Assembly (NCBI GenBank): GCA_963707795.1
Contig: OY970174.1
Coordinates: forward strand, 1,179,359 to 1,243,358
From: an uncultured Acidobacteriota bacterium
GTDB taxonomy: Bacteria; Acidobacteriota; Vicinamibacteria; Vicinamibacterales; UBA2999
DNA length: 64,000 nucleotides
Direction of reading: 5' to 3'
Both the position numbers and the translations under genes were made by a program. Within the stretch, counting starts at the first letter, position 1. Every line of letters begins with the position of its first letter. The notes below the pieces were generated by a model. The model was given only the letters and a program-made list of their open reading frames with translations, searched no databases and was not told where the DNA came from. Below are positions 51,579 through 59,479 of this stretch, one piece after another.

Positions 51579-52799
51579 TCACGCGGCGGGCCGGCCGTCC
51601 GCCACCGTCTCATACAAGGTCACCGAGCGGCTCGCGATGTCGGTATCCCGGTGCGAGCGCTCGACCGCGTGCCGCGCCGCGGCGCCGAGGCGGCCCCGCA
51701 GGTCGGCGTCGTGCATCAGCCGCTCGATCGCGCGGATGAACGCCGCCGCGTCCCCCGAAGCGGCCAGCACCCCAGTCACCCCGTCGGCGATGAGCTCGGG
51801 CATCCCGCCCTGGTCCGCCGCGACGATGGCGCGTCCGGCGGCCATTGCCTCGAGGCACGAGTAGGGACAGTTCTCCCACAGGCTGGGCAGCAGGAAGATG
51901 TCGCACGCGCGTGCCAGCCGTCGCACCTCGGGCAGCGGGAGCGGGCCGAGCCAGTGGACGGATCCCTTCAACCGCCGGCCGGCGAGCGCCGGCAGCAGGG
52001 TCTGCTGCATGTAGCCGAACAGGTCGTCGCCGGCGAACACGAAGGTGACATCGTAACGCTCGAGAATCGACGCGGCGATCTGCGGACACAGGTGAATGCC
52101 CTTGCGTCGCTCCATGCGGCCGGCAAACAGGATCATTACCGGTCGGCGCGGCAGGTTGTAGCGCCGATGGACGTCGACGGGCTCGCCGCTGGTGTCGAAC
52201 CAGTCGAGATCGAGGCCGTTGGGAATGACGGCCATCGGGCGGTCGAGGTGCAGCTCCCGGGCGGCTGCGGCCGCCACGAAGCGGGAACACGCGGTAATCG
52301 CCGTGCCGCGTACGAGGGCCCGCCGTTCGAGCGCGCTGCAGAGGACGGTATCGGTACGCCGTACCTCGTAGAACGGCATGATGAGCTCGGCCGGCGAGTG
52401 CAGCCTCACCACGGTGGGGACCTCGAGCCGGCGCGTGACGAGACCACCCTCGGCGCCGCACTCCGGCATCTCGATGACGTCGTAGCGATGTTGCCGATGC
52501 AGGGCGGCGAGACCGCGATACATGCTCCACGCATTCTGCAGCCGCTGCCGCGTCCACCACAGTTGCAGCCGGCCGAGCGCGGCGGCGGTGCGCATGACCA
52601 CGCCGCCCGCCCAGAACCGGTAGACGCGGACGCCGTCGAGCTCTACCGCCTGCAGCGGCGTGGCCGCCCTGGCGCCGGCCAGCACGTGCACGTCGTGGCC
52701 CAACTTGACCAGCGCCCGCGCCTGGTGCCAGGTGTAAGTGCCGATGCCGCCGAACCCCGTGTCGGGCGGAAACTCGTAGGAGAGCAACGCAATTCTCAC
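51579..52799 (-). CDS. Family 4 (GT-B) glycosyltransferase
   Basis: 406 aa with MRIALLSYEFPPDTGFGGIGTYT, FAGRMERRKG and PSLWENCPYSCLEAMAAGRAIVAADQGGMPELI. Confidence 0.88.
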   Translation of the reverse strand: MRIALLSYEFPPDTGFGGIGTYTWHQARALVKLGHDVHVLAGARAATPLQAVELDGVRVYRFWAGGVVMRTAAALGRLQLWWTRQRLQNAWSMYRGLAALHRQHRYDVIEMPECGAEGGLVTRRLEVPTVVRLHSPAELIMPFYEVRRTDTVLCSALERRALVRGTAITACSRFVAAAAARELHLDRPMAVIPNGLDLDWFDTSGEPVDVHRRYNLPRRPVMILFAGRMERRKGIHLCPQIAASILERYDVTFVFAGDDLFGYMQQTLLPALAGRRLKGSVHWLGPLPLPEVRRLARACDIFLLPSLWENCPYSCLEAMAAGRAIVAADQGGMPELIADGVTGVLAASGDAAAFIRAIERLMHDADLRGRLGAAARHAVERSHRDTDIASRSVTLYETVADGRPAA

Positions 52800-52812
52800 G
52801 ATGGGGCGCCCG

Positions 52813-53886
52813 TCAGTCGCGGACCTGGCGTCGCCAGCGGCGGTCGTAGATGCGTTCGTAGGGGATGAGCGGCTTGGACGGGACTGCGTCGTCGAAATGT
52901 CCGTCGGTGTCGTGCAGCGTCGGTGCCCGCTCGCCGGCGCCGAACATCCGCCGCGCCAGCAGGCGGGCCACGTGTGGCAGGACGGCCAGCGTCAACGGCA
53001 GGGACCGGGCGCGCAGACCCCAGCGCACGGCCTCCAGGTACTGCCCGGACCAGAACGCGATGCCCGCCAGATGCAGCGCGAACTGGCCGCGCGAGCGCCG
53101 AATCGCCGCCGGCGTCAGTCCCGCTTGCCGGCCGGCGAGCGCACGCATGACCTGCGCCTGCGAATGCCACATCGTTTCGCAGGCCGCCGACATGCTGTCG
53201 CGCCGGCGCCGATAGCCGACGAGGACCGCGGGTACGGCGGCGACGGCAAAGCGTTCGGCGACGCGCAACGCGAGATCCCAGTCCTCGCACCCCTGGCACC
53301 CGCGCTGCCTGAGGTCGACGCTGTAGCCGCCGACCACGTCGAGCGCCGCCCGCCGGAACATTGGCACGCTGGCGCTGCCGGTAAAGTTCACCTCGACGAG
53401 CTTCGGCAGCACGAAGCCTTCGATCTCCCAGCGCGGCGAGCGATCGAGGACATGCCCGGCCTGGTCGATCCACGCCCACCAGCAGTAGGCGAGGCCGGTA
53501 TCAGCCCCCGCCTCGCGCAGCCGCCGGACCTGCCGTTCGAGCTTCGCCGGCGCCCAGACGTCATCGGAGTCGATTGGAGCGACGAACGCGCCCTGCGCGG
53601 CCGATATTCCCGCGTTGCGCGCGGCGGCGACACCACTGTTCGCCTGGGTGATCAGCCGCACCCGCGGATCCGCTTCACCCAGGGCCGCGACGACATCGCT
53701 CGTACCATCCGTCGACCCGTCGTCGACGACGATGAGCTCGAGGCACGCATGGCTCTGCGCCAGCACGCTGCGACAGGTCTGCTCGATGTAGGGCCGAGCG
53801 TTGTAGGCCGCCATGATCACCGAGACCAGCGGCTCCTTGGCGTCGGCGAACGGATGGGCGTCGGCCGTGGAGTTAGCGAGATTCAT
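52813..53886 (-). CDS. Family 2 glycosyltransferase
   Basis: Contains VSVIMAAYNARPYIEQTCRSVLAQS, LIVVDDGSTDGT, APIDSDD and CEDWDLALR. The start is ATG 53886 or 53916. Confidence 0.87.
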   Translation of the reverse strand: MNLANSTADAHPFADAKEPLVSVIMAAYNARPYIEQTCRSVLAQSHACLELIVVDDGSTDGTSDVVAALGEADPRVRLITQANSGVAAARNAGISAAQGAFVAPIDSDDVWAPAKLERQVRRLREAGADTGLAYCWWAWIDQAGHVLDRSPRWEIEGFVLPKLVEVNFTGSASVPMFRRAALDVVGGYSVDLRQRGCQGCEDWDLALRVAERFAVAAVPAVLVGYRRRRDSMSAACETMWHSQAQVMRALAGRQAGLTPAAIRRSRGQFALHLAGIAFWSGQYLEAVRWGLRARSLPLTLAVLPHVARLLARRMFGAGERAPTLHDTDGHFDDAVPSKPLIPYERIYDRRWRRQVRD

Positions 53887-56032
53887 GGCTGAGGTCGCTG
53901 TCTTGGGGCGCGGCAAGCGGGCGTCCCTCAGCCGGGGTCACCGGACCGCTCCATCGGCGCAACGCCCGCCCGGCGAGCCACCGCGCGGTACGAGCCGGGT
54001 GACGCAGGCCCTGCCGCACGAACGCCCGGCGCTCGTGCACCGGCGCGGCCAGCAGCCACCGCATCAACGGCGTGTGCAACCGCTGCACCGCGCGGGCCAT
54101 CGACGAGTAGACCGGCGCCGGCCGCCGACCGCCGCCGCGCGCGCCGATGACGGATCCCAGCACGGCGGGATAGGTCGCGCCACGCCAACCCGCGCGGATC
54201 ACCGCCTCGCAGATCGCACGCACGTCGTCAGAGCGGGTGTGCCCGGCGGCCTGGGAGAAGGCGTCGGTCCTGATTATCACGACGGGGAGCAGCGCGCCCC
54301 CGGCGTCCAGGTGCGGCGCGTCGGGCCGGTAGGGCAGTGTGACCCGGCGTCGCGCCACGTCGCGCATCCAGCCGCCAAGCAGTCCGAGCCGGCTGTCGGC
54401 GGCAAACGCAGCGTCGCACCAGGCGAGCGCTTCCGGCGCGAGCCGCACCGAGGATGCCACCCACGCGATCGCGAGGGGCCGGGGATCTGCCGACGCCATG
54501 CGAGCGGCGGTGGACGCCTCGATCCCAGTCTGGCCACGAGCCGTGCGCGCAGCCACCGTCCAGCCATCCGGCGACCCGGTGGCGACGGGCGTGTCGATCA
54601 CGATCGCGGCGGCGACGGCGGGGGCGGTTTGCGTGGTGACGCTGGCGATGCACGCCGCGACGTCGAATACGCCGGGCGGCGCGCTCACGATGACCGCCAC
54701 GCCCCGGCGGGCGGGGCGGTCATCGGGGACCGGACCGGAAACGCTCACCGCCAACGCGTCGCCGTGGGCCTGCACCAGCGGGGCCTGCACGAGCGAGCGC
54801 TTGACTTCGAGGTGGCGCGCGAGCACACGGTCGTCACTGCAGTGGTCGCGAACGGCCGCGCCGGCCGCCGCGCCCAGATGCTCGCGTTTGGCGGGCGGCG
54901 TGTCGAGCGCCCGTTGCAGGGCGCCGGCCAGACCACCCGCGGTCCCATCGCGGGCAACCCAGCCCGATTCCCCGTCGGTGACGAGCTCGGTCATGCCCCC
55001 GTGCGGCGAGGTGATGATCGGCAGGCCGCTGCTCATCGCTTCGATGCAGCTGTAAGGAAGGTTGTCCCAGCGCGACGGCACGACCGCGGCCCACGAACGG
55101 GCCAGGACGAGGTTCACGCCCCGGCGGTCGAGATTGCCGTGAAACCGGAAGCGCGGGCGCAGCTCGCGGGGAATGCGGTGGCGAACAGCGTCGCCGACCG
55201 TCGCACCACCCGCGACGCCAACCGGTGTATCGGCGCCCACGAACTCGACCGTGAAGCCGGGCCGGGCACGAGCCACCGAGACGGCGGCGTCGACCCACTC
55301 GAAGATGCCCTTGCGCACTTCGAGCCGGCCGACATGGCAGATCGCGCCCGCCGACCAGACCTCGGAGGGGCGAGCAAGGGGAGCCGCGTCGCCGCGCGGG
55401 TACGGGATCACATGCAGGGCCGCCGCATCGACGCCGTAGCGGCGCCGCGCATCGGCAGCCATGAACCGGCTGGGGCAGAGCAGCGCGTCGGCCGCCTGAA
55501 TCGACAGCGTCTCCATGGCGGCAGCCGGCGCGTAATCGACGACCGAGGTGTCCCAGCCGTTGGCCTCGAAGATCTGCGCCGCCGACGAGTGCAGATGGAC
55601 GAGGCAGGGAGGACGGCGCCGAGGTCCGAGACCGAGCGCCCGGCGCAGCTGCAGGTAATACAACGGCGCTTCCCATTCCTGGGCCTCGACGATGTCGATG
55701 CCTTCGGACTCGATGAGCCGCTCGGCGAGACGCGCGGCTTGCCATGCGAAGGCCTGTACCGGGCAGGCGGACGCCAGCAGGCCTTCGGGGACCTCCCGTC
55801 CGCCCGACCCGGTAAAGGCCCCGCGCGGAGCGGGCTCGTCGAGCGCCACCCGGTGGACGACCAGCCGGCCCGCCAGCAACTCCTCGCGTGGCCGGGCCGC
55901 GCCATCCCACCTGTGGGCAATCACATGCACGACCTCGCCATGCTGTGCGAGCAGGGTCGCCATTTTGCGCACGTACGTGCCGATACCCCCGGGCGGGTGA
56001 ACCGCCGGCGGGTACTCGCGGCACAGGAACAA
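53873..56032 (-). CDS. GT4 glycosyltransferase fused to a C-terminal degenerate GT2-like domain
   Basis: 719 aa with a TTG start. The N-terminal half contains REYPPAVHPPGGIGTYV and PSRWDNLPYSCIEAMSSGLPIITSPHGGMTELV. The C-terminal ~280 aa begins VAVIVSAPPGVFDVAACIASVTTQT...IVIDTP, which resembles GT2 but lacks the DD/DxD acidic motifs. Confidence 0.8.
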   Translation of the reverse strand: MFLCREYPPAVHPPGGIGTYVRKMATLLAQHGEVVHVIAHRWDGAARPREELLAGRLVVHRVALDEPAPRGAFTGSGGREVPEGLLASACPVQAFAWQAARLAERLIESEGIDIVEAQEWEAPLYYLQLRRALGLGPRRRPPCLVHLHSSAAQIFEANGWDTSVVDYAPAAAMETLSIQAADALLCPSRFMAADARRRYGVDAAALHVIPYPRGDAAPLARPSEVWSAGAICHVGRLEVRKGIFEWVDAAVSVARARPGFTVEFVGADTPVGVAGGATVGDAVRHRIPRELRPRFRFHGNLDRRGVNLVLARSWAAVVPSRWDNLPYSCIEAMSSGLPIITSPHGGMTELVTDGESGWVARDGTAGGLAGALQRALDTPPAKREHLGAAAGAAVRDHCSDDRVLARHLEVKRSLVQAPLVQAHGDALAVSVSGPVPDDRPARRGVAVIVSAPPGVFDVAACIASVTTQTAPAVAAAIVIDTPVATGSPDGWTVAARTARGQTGIEASTAARMASADPRPLAIAWVASSVRLAPEALAWCDAAFAADSRLGLLGGWMRDVARRRVTLPYRPDAPHLDAGGALLPVVIIRTDAFSQAAGHTRSDDVRAICEAVIRAGWRGATYPAVLGSVIGARGGGRRPAPVYSSMARAVQRLHTPLMRWLLAAPVHERRAFVRQGLRHPARTARWLAGRALRRWSGPVTPAEGRPLAAPQDSDLSHESR

Positions 56033-56175
56033 ATGCGTCAGTGTAATTACCTTTTAGTTCGTTATACGGCGTGATTGGACTATTCTGTCGTAACTATCGG
56101 TGTAAGTTTATCAGGGCGGTATCTGCCTGGCGATGGCTTGGCGATCGCGAGGACAAAATCGCGGATGGGCGACGG
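56033..56175. promoter_or_regulatory. AT-rich divergent intergenic control region between the two largest operons of the glycan locus
   Basis: It is the only clearly AT-rich stretch in the window (gtgtaattaccttttagttcgttatacgg...taactatcggtgtaagtttatcag). It lies between the TTG start at 56032 (minus strand) and ATG 56176 (plus strand). It contains an 8-bp palindrome gtaattac (56042-56049) and an ops-like GGCGGTA at 56115-56121. Confidence 0.55.
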
Positions 56176-58422
56176 ATGGACGCGCGTGTCGTGAGCGGAG
56201 GACGGTTGCAGTACGCGGACAGCGCCGCGAGCGACGCGCGGACGCCGCGACGGCTCGCCGTACGGAGATGGATCCGTGCTGTCGCGCTCGCCGCCGCCTT
56301 GCTGACGATCGGGTGGGCGTTGGCCGACGCGCGCTTTCGCGACGCGGAAGGCGCCTTCACCGGTCTGCTCGTGTTCCCGCTGTCAGCCGGAGTGGGGCTC
56401 GCGGTCGCCGGCCTCGCGGTCGCGACCGAGTGGCAGCGCGCGGCGCTCTGGTGCGGCCTGGCCCTGGTCGGGCAGGCGGCGTGCCTGCAACTAATCAACG
56501 CCGGATGGCAGCTTCGCTACCAGCATTACAAGGCGCCGGCGGACGTTCTGGCGACCGTCTCGCCGCTGGTCTGGGGCCTCATCGTCGCGCAAGCCCTCGT
56601 CGTGACGGTGGCGCTCGTCGCGCGATGGGCCGGCATCCGCGCCTGGATTCGTGCGCACGTGCGGCCCTGGCAGTTGGCGCTGGTGGCCAGCGTGTTCCTC
56701 GTGTGCACGGCGACCGTTTCGGAAGATGTCGGCTTCTACCTGCGCGAGCTGGCGTTCGCCGGCGCCGTGCAGACCGTGCAACTGGCGAACTTGACGCTGG
56801 TGGCCATGGCGCTGCCCGCGTCCGGCCTGCGGGGGCTGAGGCCATGGCTGGAACGCCTGGTGGGAGCGCCGGACGATCGCGTGCAGCCGGGAGCGCCGGG
56901 CCGCACGGTGATCGCCGCCGCGCTCGGGGTCGTCGTGGTGAGCGCGCTCCTGAACGTGCTCGCGTACGATCGTCACCCGCACGTCCCCGACGAGGTCGTC
57001 TACCTGACGCATGCGGCGTTCTTCGCCCATGGCGCGTTGACCATGCCGGCGCCAGCGGTGCCCGAAGGGTTCGAGGTCTACCTCATGGAGGTCATGGGCG
57101 ACCGCTGGTATCCGGTGCCGCCGCCGGGCTGGCCGGCGGTGCTGGCGCTCGGCGTGCTGCTCGGGGCGCCGTGGCTGGTCAACCCGGTGCTCGCCGGGAT
57201 CAACGTGCTGCTCGGCTACGTGCTGCTGCGCGAGTTGTATCCCCCGCGCGTGGCGCGGCTGGCGGTGCTGCTTCTCGCGGTGTCGCCGTGGTACCTGTTC
57301 CTGGGCATGAGCTTCATGACGCACATGCTCGCGCTGACCTGTGCGCTGCTGGCGACGCTGGGGGTCGCGTGGGCGCGCCGCACCGGCCGCGCCACGTGGG
57401 CGTGGGGCGGCGGACTGGCACTGGGGACGATTTCGTTGATCCGGCCGCTCGAAGCGGTAGCGGTCGCCGCACTGCTGGGCCTGTGGGCTCTCGGCGTCGG
57501 CGGGGCCCGGTTGCGGCTCGCCGCGACGACCGGGCTCGTCGTCGGGGCCCTCATCACCGGCGCGCTGGGGCTCCTCTACAACCACGCGCTCACCGGCGAC
57601 CCGCTGCAATTTCCGATCAACGCCTACACCGATCGGCTGTTTGGACCCAACGTGAACGCGTACGGCTTCGGCCCCGATCGCGGCATGGGCTGGGCGTTCG
57701 ATCCGTATCCGGGGCACAGCGCGCGCGACGCGTTGATCAACAGCAACCTGAACGTCTCCACGCTCAACACCGAACTGTTCGGCTGGAGCATCGGTTCGCT
57801 GCTGCCGCTCGCGGTGCTCGTCGCATTCGAGCGCCTGCGTCGCAGCGATCGGCTGATGGCCGCGGCCATGGCGACCATCTATGGGCTGCACTTCTTCTTC
57901 TACTTCAGCGGCGGCCCGGACTTCGCCGCGCGCTACTGGTTCCTGATGGTGATCCCGCTGGTGGTCCTCGCCGCGCGCGGCTGCGAGGTGCTGGCGGCGC
58001 GCGCCGGGGGCCAGCACGCGGATGCGGACGTGCGCGTCTATGCCGCGCTGGCCGTGGTCTGCCTGATGGCCCTGGTGACCTTCCTGCCCTGGCGTGCCCT
58101 GGACAAGTACCACATGTTCCGCGGGATGCGGCCGGATGTGCGCGCGCTCGCGCACGATTACGCATTCGGTTCGAGCCTGGTGCTGATTCGCGGCAATCAG
58201 CACCCGGACTACGACTCGGCCATGGTATATAACCCGGTAGACCTCCGCGCCGCGGCGCCGATTTATGCGTGGGATCGCGATGCGCGGACTCGCACGCGCC
58301 TGCTGGCGGCGTACGCGGACCGACCAGTCTGGTTGGTAGACAGCCCTTCCATCACCGGACGCGCCTTCGAGGTCGTGGCAGGTCCGATGGCCGCGGGCGA
58401 TCTCCTGCAGGGTGAGAAGTAG
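56176..58422 (+). CDS. Large polytopic GT-C-like membrane glycosyltransferase
   Basis: ATG 56176 was preferred over GTG 56071, which lies in the AT-rich region. More than 12 hydrophobic helices are present. An acidic loop motif (HVPDEVVYLTHAAFF) occurs as in ArnT/PMT-type enzymes, followed by a soluble C-terminal ~100 aa. Confidence 0.65.
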   Translation: MDARVVSGGRLQYADSAASDARTPRRLAVRRWIRAVALAAALLTIGWALADARFRDAEGAFTGLLVFPLSAGVGLAVAGLAVATEWQRAALWCGLALVGQAACLQLINAGWQLRYQHYKAPADVLATVSPLVWGLIVAQALVVTVALVARWAGIRAWIRAHVRPWQLALVASVFLVCTATVSEDVGFYLRELAFAGAVQTVQLANLTLVAMALPASGLRGLRPWLERLVGAPDDRVQPGAPGRTVIAAALGVVVVSALLNVLAYDRHPHVPDEVVYLTHAAFFAHGALTMPAPAVPEGFEVYLMEVMGDRWYPVPPPGWPAVLALGVLLGAPWLVNPVLAGINVLLGYVLLRELYPPRVARLAVLLLAVSPWYLFLGMSFMTHMLALTCALLATLGVAWARRTGRATWAWGGGLALGTISLIRPLEAVAVAALLGLWALGVGGARLRLAATTGLVVGALITGALGLLYNHALTGDPLQFPINAYTDRLFGPNVNAYGFGPDRGMGWAFDPYPGHSARDALINSNLNVSTLNTELFGWSIGSLLPLAVLVAFERLRRSDRLMAAAMATIYGLHFFFYFSGGPDFAARYWFLMVIPLVVLAARGCEVLAARAGGQHADADVRVYAALAVVCLMALVTFLPWRALDKYHMFRGMRPDVRALAHDYAFGSSLVLIRGNQHPDYDSAMVYNPVDLRAAAPIYAWDRDARTRTRLLAAYADRPVWLVDSPSITGRAFEVVAGPMAAGDLLQGEK

Positions 58423-59440
58423 CGTGGCCGAGCTTGCCGCGTCCGTCCGCGATTTCGATGCCGGCTACCGCGGCGCGCCGGTGGTCGTGCTCGGCGCCGC
58501 CGGCTTCATCGGCCGGTGGGTCGCCCGCGGGCTGACGGCTGCGGGCGCGGCGGTGACGCTCGTCGTTCGCGATCGGACGGCGGCGCAGGGCGTGTTCGAT
58601 CGGTTCGACGTGGGCGGCACGATCGCGGAACTGGACCTTGCCGACGAGCGGGCGCTCGGCGCGCTGCTCGGCCGCGTCCGCCCCGCCGTCGTGTTCAACC
58701 TCGCCGGCTACGGCGTCGATCGCACCGAGGTCGATGTCGACACTGCGTACCACATCAACGCCGGCGTGGTCGGACGGCTGTGCGCGGCGATGGTGAGCTG
58801 CGGCGATCCTGATTGGCCGGGGCAGGCCGTGGTGCATGCGGGGACGGCGATGGAGTACGGCGGGGTCGAGGGCGACCTGGATGAAGCCGGGCCGGCGCAG
58901 CCGACGACTCTCTACGGCCGGTCCAAGCTCGAGGGGACGCGGGCGCTGACGACCTGTGTCGAGCAGCGGGGCTTGAAGGGTCTGACGGCGCGGTTGTTTG
59001 CGGTCTATGGGCCGGGCGAGGCGCCGGAACGCCTGCTGCCGACGCTGCTGCACGCCGCCGCCGGTCGCCAGCCCATCGGGTTGACCGCCGGCGCGCACGC
59101 GCGCGATTTCGTGTATGTCGAGGAGGTGGCGGAGGCGTTGCTCCGCCTGGGCCTGGCCGCGGAGCGGACCGCCACACCGGTCAACGTCGCCACCGGCGCG
59201 CTGACCTCGATTCGGGCGTTCGTCGAGACCGCGGCCGCGGTGCTGGAGATCGACCAGGCGCGTCTCCGGTTCGGGGCGCTGCCGACGCGCCTCGAGGAGA
59301 TGCGCCATGCGCCGGTGACCAACGCGCGGCTGCAGCGTCTCACCGGGTGGGCGCCGGCGACGAGCATCGCCGAGGGCATCCGGCGGGCGACGCGCTTTGC
59401 CGGGCGCCCGGCGTTGCCGGTCGCGCATCATGGGCCGTAG
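58412..59440 (+). CDS. NAD(P)-dependent sugar epimerase/dehydratase/reductase (extended SDR)
   Basis: 342 aa with VLGAAGFIGRWV (GxxGxxG) and catalytic YGRSK. The start is GTG 58412 or GTG 58424. Confidence 0.85.
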   Translation: MRSSVAELAASVRDFDAGYRGAPVVVLGAAGFIGRWVARGLTAAGAAVTLVVRDRTAAQGVFDRFDVGGTIAELDLADERALGALLGRVRPAVVFNLAGYGVDRTEVDVDTAYHINAGVVGRLCAAMVSCGDPDWPGQAVVHAGTAMEYGGVEGDLDEAGPAQPTTLYGRSKLEGTRALTTCVEQRGLKGLTARLFAVYGPGEAPERLLPTLLHAAAGRQPIGLTAGAHARDFVYVEEVAEALLRLGLAAERTATPVNVATGALTSIRAFVETAAAVLEIDQARLRFGALPTRLEEMRHAPVTNARLQRLTGWAPATSIAEGIRRATRFAGRPALPVAHHGP

Positions 59441-59479
59441 GCGGAGGGGGGCACCGCGGGTGCGGTGCGGAGGAAGAAC

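Noticed and set aside
50070-52868. 932-aa plus-strand ORF
   Set aside because: It is antisense to two intact GT4 genes with canonical motifs. No domains are recognisable.
53813-56074. 753-aa plus-strand ORF
   Set aside because: It is antisense to the GT4 fusion gene and has R/G/A/D/H-rich low-complexity composition.
56491-58203. 570-aa minus-strand ORF and the overlapping 699-aa plus-strand ORF 56133..58232
   Set aside because: Both are alternative frames of the GT-C membrane protein gene. Only frame 56071/56176..58422 yields hydrophobic helices.
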